The notes under the pieces are model-generated. The model was not told the origin of the DNA. It saw only the letters and a program-made list of their open reading frames with translations, and did not search any database. From Nitrospinales bacterium (GTDB lineage: Bacteria > Nitrospinota > Nitrospinia > Nitrospinales > VA-1), in the NCBI GenBank assembly GCA_965262115.1, contig OZ253496.1, forward strand, positions 2,432,001-2,496,000: DNA of 64,000 bases. The letters run 5' to 3'. Positions 61,548 to 64,000 of this stretch are shown here, one piece after another (position 1 is the first letter of the stretch; every line of letters starts with the position of its first letter). The position numbers and the translations under genes were made by a program.

Positions 61548-63650
61548 TTATTCTTTTCTTACCATCCATCCCTCAATAAGAAGCACTCCCGCAACCATTA
61601 AAAGAAAAGGTGTGGCCAGAGGCACCCCGTCGGAGGTTTGCGGCCGGGTAGTTTGAGTTTGTGGTTCCAGGAATTCCATTTCTAGTCCCGCAAGAAAACT
61701 TTCGATTTCTTTTTGTGATATCTTTCCCGGTTCTGATTCACGGGTATCAATATTTACGGTGAAGGTTCCGGCAGACTCGGCTCCTTGAGGAAGTTTTGCC
61801 AACACTTTTTGCTCTGCGGTACCGGGTGATGAAAAAAGGTGGTAGACCCCCGGCTGAAAGGTATTACTAAAGATATCTTTTTCCAAAAGGTGCAGGGTTC
61901 CATCTGGTGTGCGAACGATCCATCTGCTTTCCTGGGTGCTTTGGTGGAAAGGTTCTCCCACCAACAAGTTCTGCTGGGAGATATTTTCCAGTCCTCGGGC
62001 AGAATATTGAGTCCACCGCTGGATCCAGGGTAAATAAGTCGGTTGAATCGGAAAATCGTTCCAATCCCTATCCAGTGAACTCAAAAACACAACAACAATT
62101 CCTTTTCCCGTCTCAGATTCAATCACCGCAGGATGCTGGTTTGAAAACCAGGTTCCTACTTTGAATTTTTTACCCTCCCTTGCTTGCACGGTATAAATGG
62201 AATAAAAATTGATTCCCCGCATTTCCTCAAGTGTTTTGGGTGAGAAAGCCTGCATGACCGGGTGAGTGTTATTTTTTAATAGAAGGTGCAGGGTCCCTTC
62301 CTGGGTATGGTATTGGGAATCCAGTTTGACAGGAAGGAGGTTTCCCAGACGCTCATTGAAATACTTGGCGTTTACCTGATCTCCCATTCCGAACAACAGG
62401 GCACCTCCATTTAAAACAAATTTTTCCAGCTCCAATTCATAGTCTGGGGGAAGTTCGCTCACGTTCGCTAGAATAACGACCGCAAAATCGGACAGGTTTC
62501 GTAAGAGGAGTTCACTAAGAGTGGAGACAGTAGGGTCGATATGTGACAGGGACACTGAAAAAGGATTGAGGGCGCGTTCAAGATAAAAAGATTCGCTTTT
62601 ATGCGAAATGGTCTCCGGGTCTCCATCGACCACCAGGACCTGTATGTTCTGACTAGGATGAAAAGGAAAATATCGGGAATTGTCGGCCGATAATGCGTCG
62701 TCAGAGATTTGTACTTTTCCATTCAGAGGCTGGTTTCTTCTTAAAGGATAAGAAAATTCCTGCACTAGAGTTTGCCCGGGTGGGATATCGATAAGTTCTT
62801 CCTTCACGAGTTTTCCTTCGAGAAAAAGAGAAAGGGGCATCCGGCTCACTGTGCTGGAAAAATTTTTGATCTCCGCTTTCACTCTTAATAAACGGCTTCG
62901 GGTGAGAAACTCCTGAGCTACCTGGACGCTTTGAACCATTCCCTTATTGTTATCAGACTGCAGTTGTGAAAAATTTAACACTTGAACCAGGTAGGGTGAT
63001 AAATGTTCGACCTCGGAAAAGGATTCTTCCTTCCAGCCGTTTTTATCCAGGTCGGTCAGCAAAAGAATTTTCTTTTTCTTTTGTTTGGCAGATTCAAGTA
63101 GCTTGATCGACTTGTCTATAGCTTCTCCGATATTGGTGGTGCGGTAGGAGGCCCTTTGAGCATTCAGTTTATTTGTGAAAGTGGATTTGTCGGAAGTCCA
63201 GTTCTGCTCGACACGGGCTGGTAAAGACGCGAGAACCAAGCTGAATTCGCTGTTTTCGGGGGCCTGCTGGAGCCCTTTAGAAACATACTCCAACGCATGA
63301 TCAAAAAGTGTTTTATCTTTAGACCGGGTTCTCATGCTATAGGAATCGTCCAGAATAAACACGATTGACGCTGGGGAGGTAGAAAGAAACGCTTCCGATT
63401 GCCTGAATGAAAATAAAGGGTTGGCCAGGGCCAGGCTGAACAAAACGATAGCCAGGCAACGGGCCAGAAGTAATAACATCTTGTTGGGTCGAGATTTTCT
63501 AATCGAGCGTTTTTGCGATTGCGCAAGCAGATAGACTGCGGAAAACCGGATTTGTTTTTGTTGCCTCTGGATCAAAAGATGGATCAGAACTGGGATGGAA
63601 ATTCCAAGCAGGCCAAACAAAAACATTGGAGAGGAAAAATTGAGGCTCAT
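61548..63650 (-). CDS. BatA N-terminal + VWA domain membrane protein
   Basis: F..P..L.GL...PVLIHL, DDSYSM MIDAS, LLLTD, C-terminal TM. Confidence 0.85.
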   Translation of the reverse strand: MSLNFSSPMFLFGLLGISIPVLIHLLIQRQQKQIRFSAVYLLAQSQKRSIRKSRPNKMLLLLARCLAIVLFSLALANPLFSFRQSEAFLSTSPASIVFILDDSYSMRTRSKDKTLFDHALEYVSKGLQQAPENSEFSLVLASLPARVEQNWTSDKSTFTNKLNAQRASYRTTNIGEAIDKSIKLLESAKQKKKKILLLTDLDKNGWKEESFSEVEHLSPYLVQVLNFSQLQSDNNKGMVQSVQVAQEFLTRSRLLRVKAEIKNFSSTVSRMPLSLFLEGKLVKEELIDIPPGQTLVQEFSYPLRRNQPLNGKVQISDDALSADNSRYFPFHPSQNIQVLVVDGDPETISHKSESFYLERALNPFSVSLSHIDPTVSTLSELLLRNLSDFAVVILANVSELPPDYELELEKFVLNGGALLFGMGDQVNAKYFNERLGNLLPVKLDSQYHTQEGTLHLLLKNNTHPVMQAFSPKTLEEMRGINFYSIYTVQAREGKKFKVGTWFSNQHPAVIESETGKGIVVVFLSSLDRDWNDFPIQPTYLPWIQRWTQYSARGLENISQQNLLVGEPFHQSTQESRWIVRTPDGTLHLLEKDIFSNTFQPGVYHLFSSPGTAEQKVLAKLPQGAESAGTFTVNIDTRESEPGKISQKEIESFLAGLEMEFLEPQTQTTRPQTSDGVPLATPFLLMVAGVLLIEGWMVRKE

Positions 63651-64000
63651 AATTTGATGAGGCTTTTACGCTTGAGTAAATAGTAACTCAAGGCTTGATC
63701 CAAAGGCCCGGAGGTGTCGAGGAAAACATAATCCACTCCAAGTCCAATGCAGTCTTTTTTGAAGAAGTTTATATGATCCTGAATCATATTCTGGTATTCC
63801 TCGCGGATGTCCCGCGGGTCGAGTCCTATCGTTGGGTCCTCTTCCAGCGATTCGAACACCATATCTCCTTCAAAGGGCAGGTGAATTTCATCAGGATGTA
63901 AAACGTGGAATAAAATAACCTCAAGCCCTCTTGAGCAAAGGAGTTTTAAGCTTTTCTGCAGGTCCTGGTTCTGGATAAAAAAATCTGAAACCAGAATGAG
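63647..64000 (-). CDS. DUF58-family protein, C-terminal part
   Basis: LILVSDFF..LEVILFHVLHPDEI..PF.G...FE..E, upstream of BatA/VWA. Confidence 0.75.
   Translation of the reverse strand, partial: LILVSDFFIQNQDLQKSLKLLCSRGLEVILFHVLHPDEIHLPFEGDMVFESLEEDPTIGLDPRDIREEYQNMIQDHINFFKKDCIGLGVDYVFLDTSGPLDQALSYYLLKRKSLIKL

Overview
Bacterial chromosomal window, moderately GC-rich, whose gene set and style suggest a Nitrospina-like (Nitrospinota) organism. That taxonomy is an impression, not a search result. Core genes: rseP (partial), lolA, purN, an NtrX-like regulator fused to LpxC, trmB, greA, fused 5-oxoprolinase, TatT/DctP, PPIase, gltX, moaA, a nifU-sufBCDSU operon, and BatA/VWA and DUF58 genes. 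An AT-rich defence island (about 48.0-57.4 kb) carries a PLD-SNF2 helicase and a type IIG-like methyltransferase, both broken only by in-frame stops, plus VapBC. The last 20-40 codons of the methyltransferase are repeated twice downstream, and each tail overlaps (ATGA) the start of a different cargo ORF, forming a cassette-like chain. Several nested families of small repeats are present: a ~96-100 bp hairpin family with a 6-copy tandem array, two 246-247 bp MITEs with 9-bp target duplications, REP-like GTCAT palindromes and a ~40 bp module. Some have inserted in-frame into signal peptides or rewritten a C-terminus. Four unannotated small membrane ORFs flank a DUF420 gene. Frameshifts and nonsense codons are confined to accessory genes. 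No rRNA, tRNA, CRISPR array, transposase or integrase was seen.
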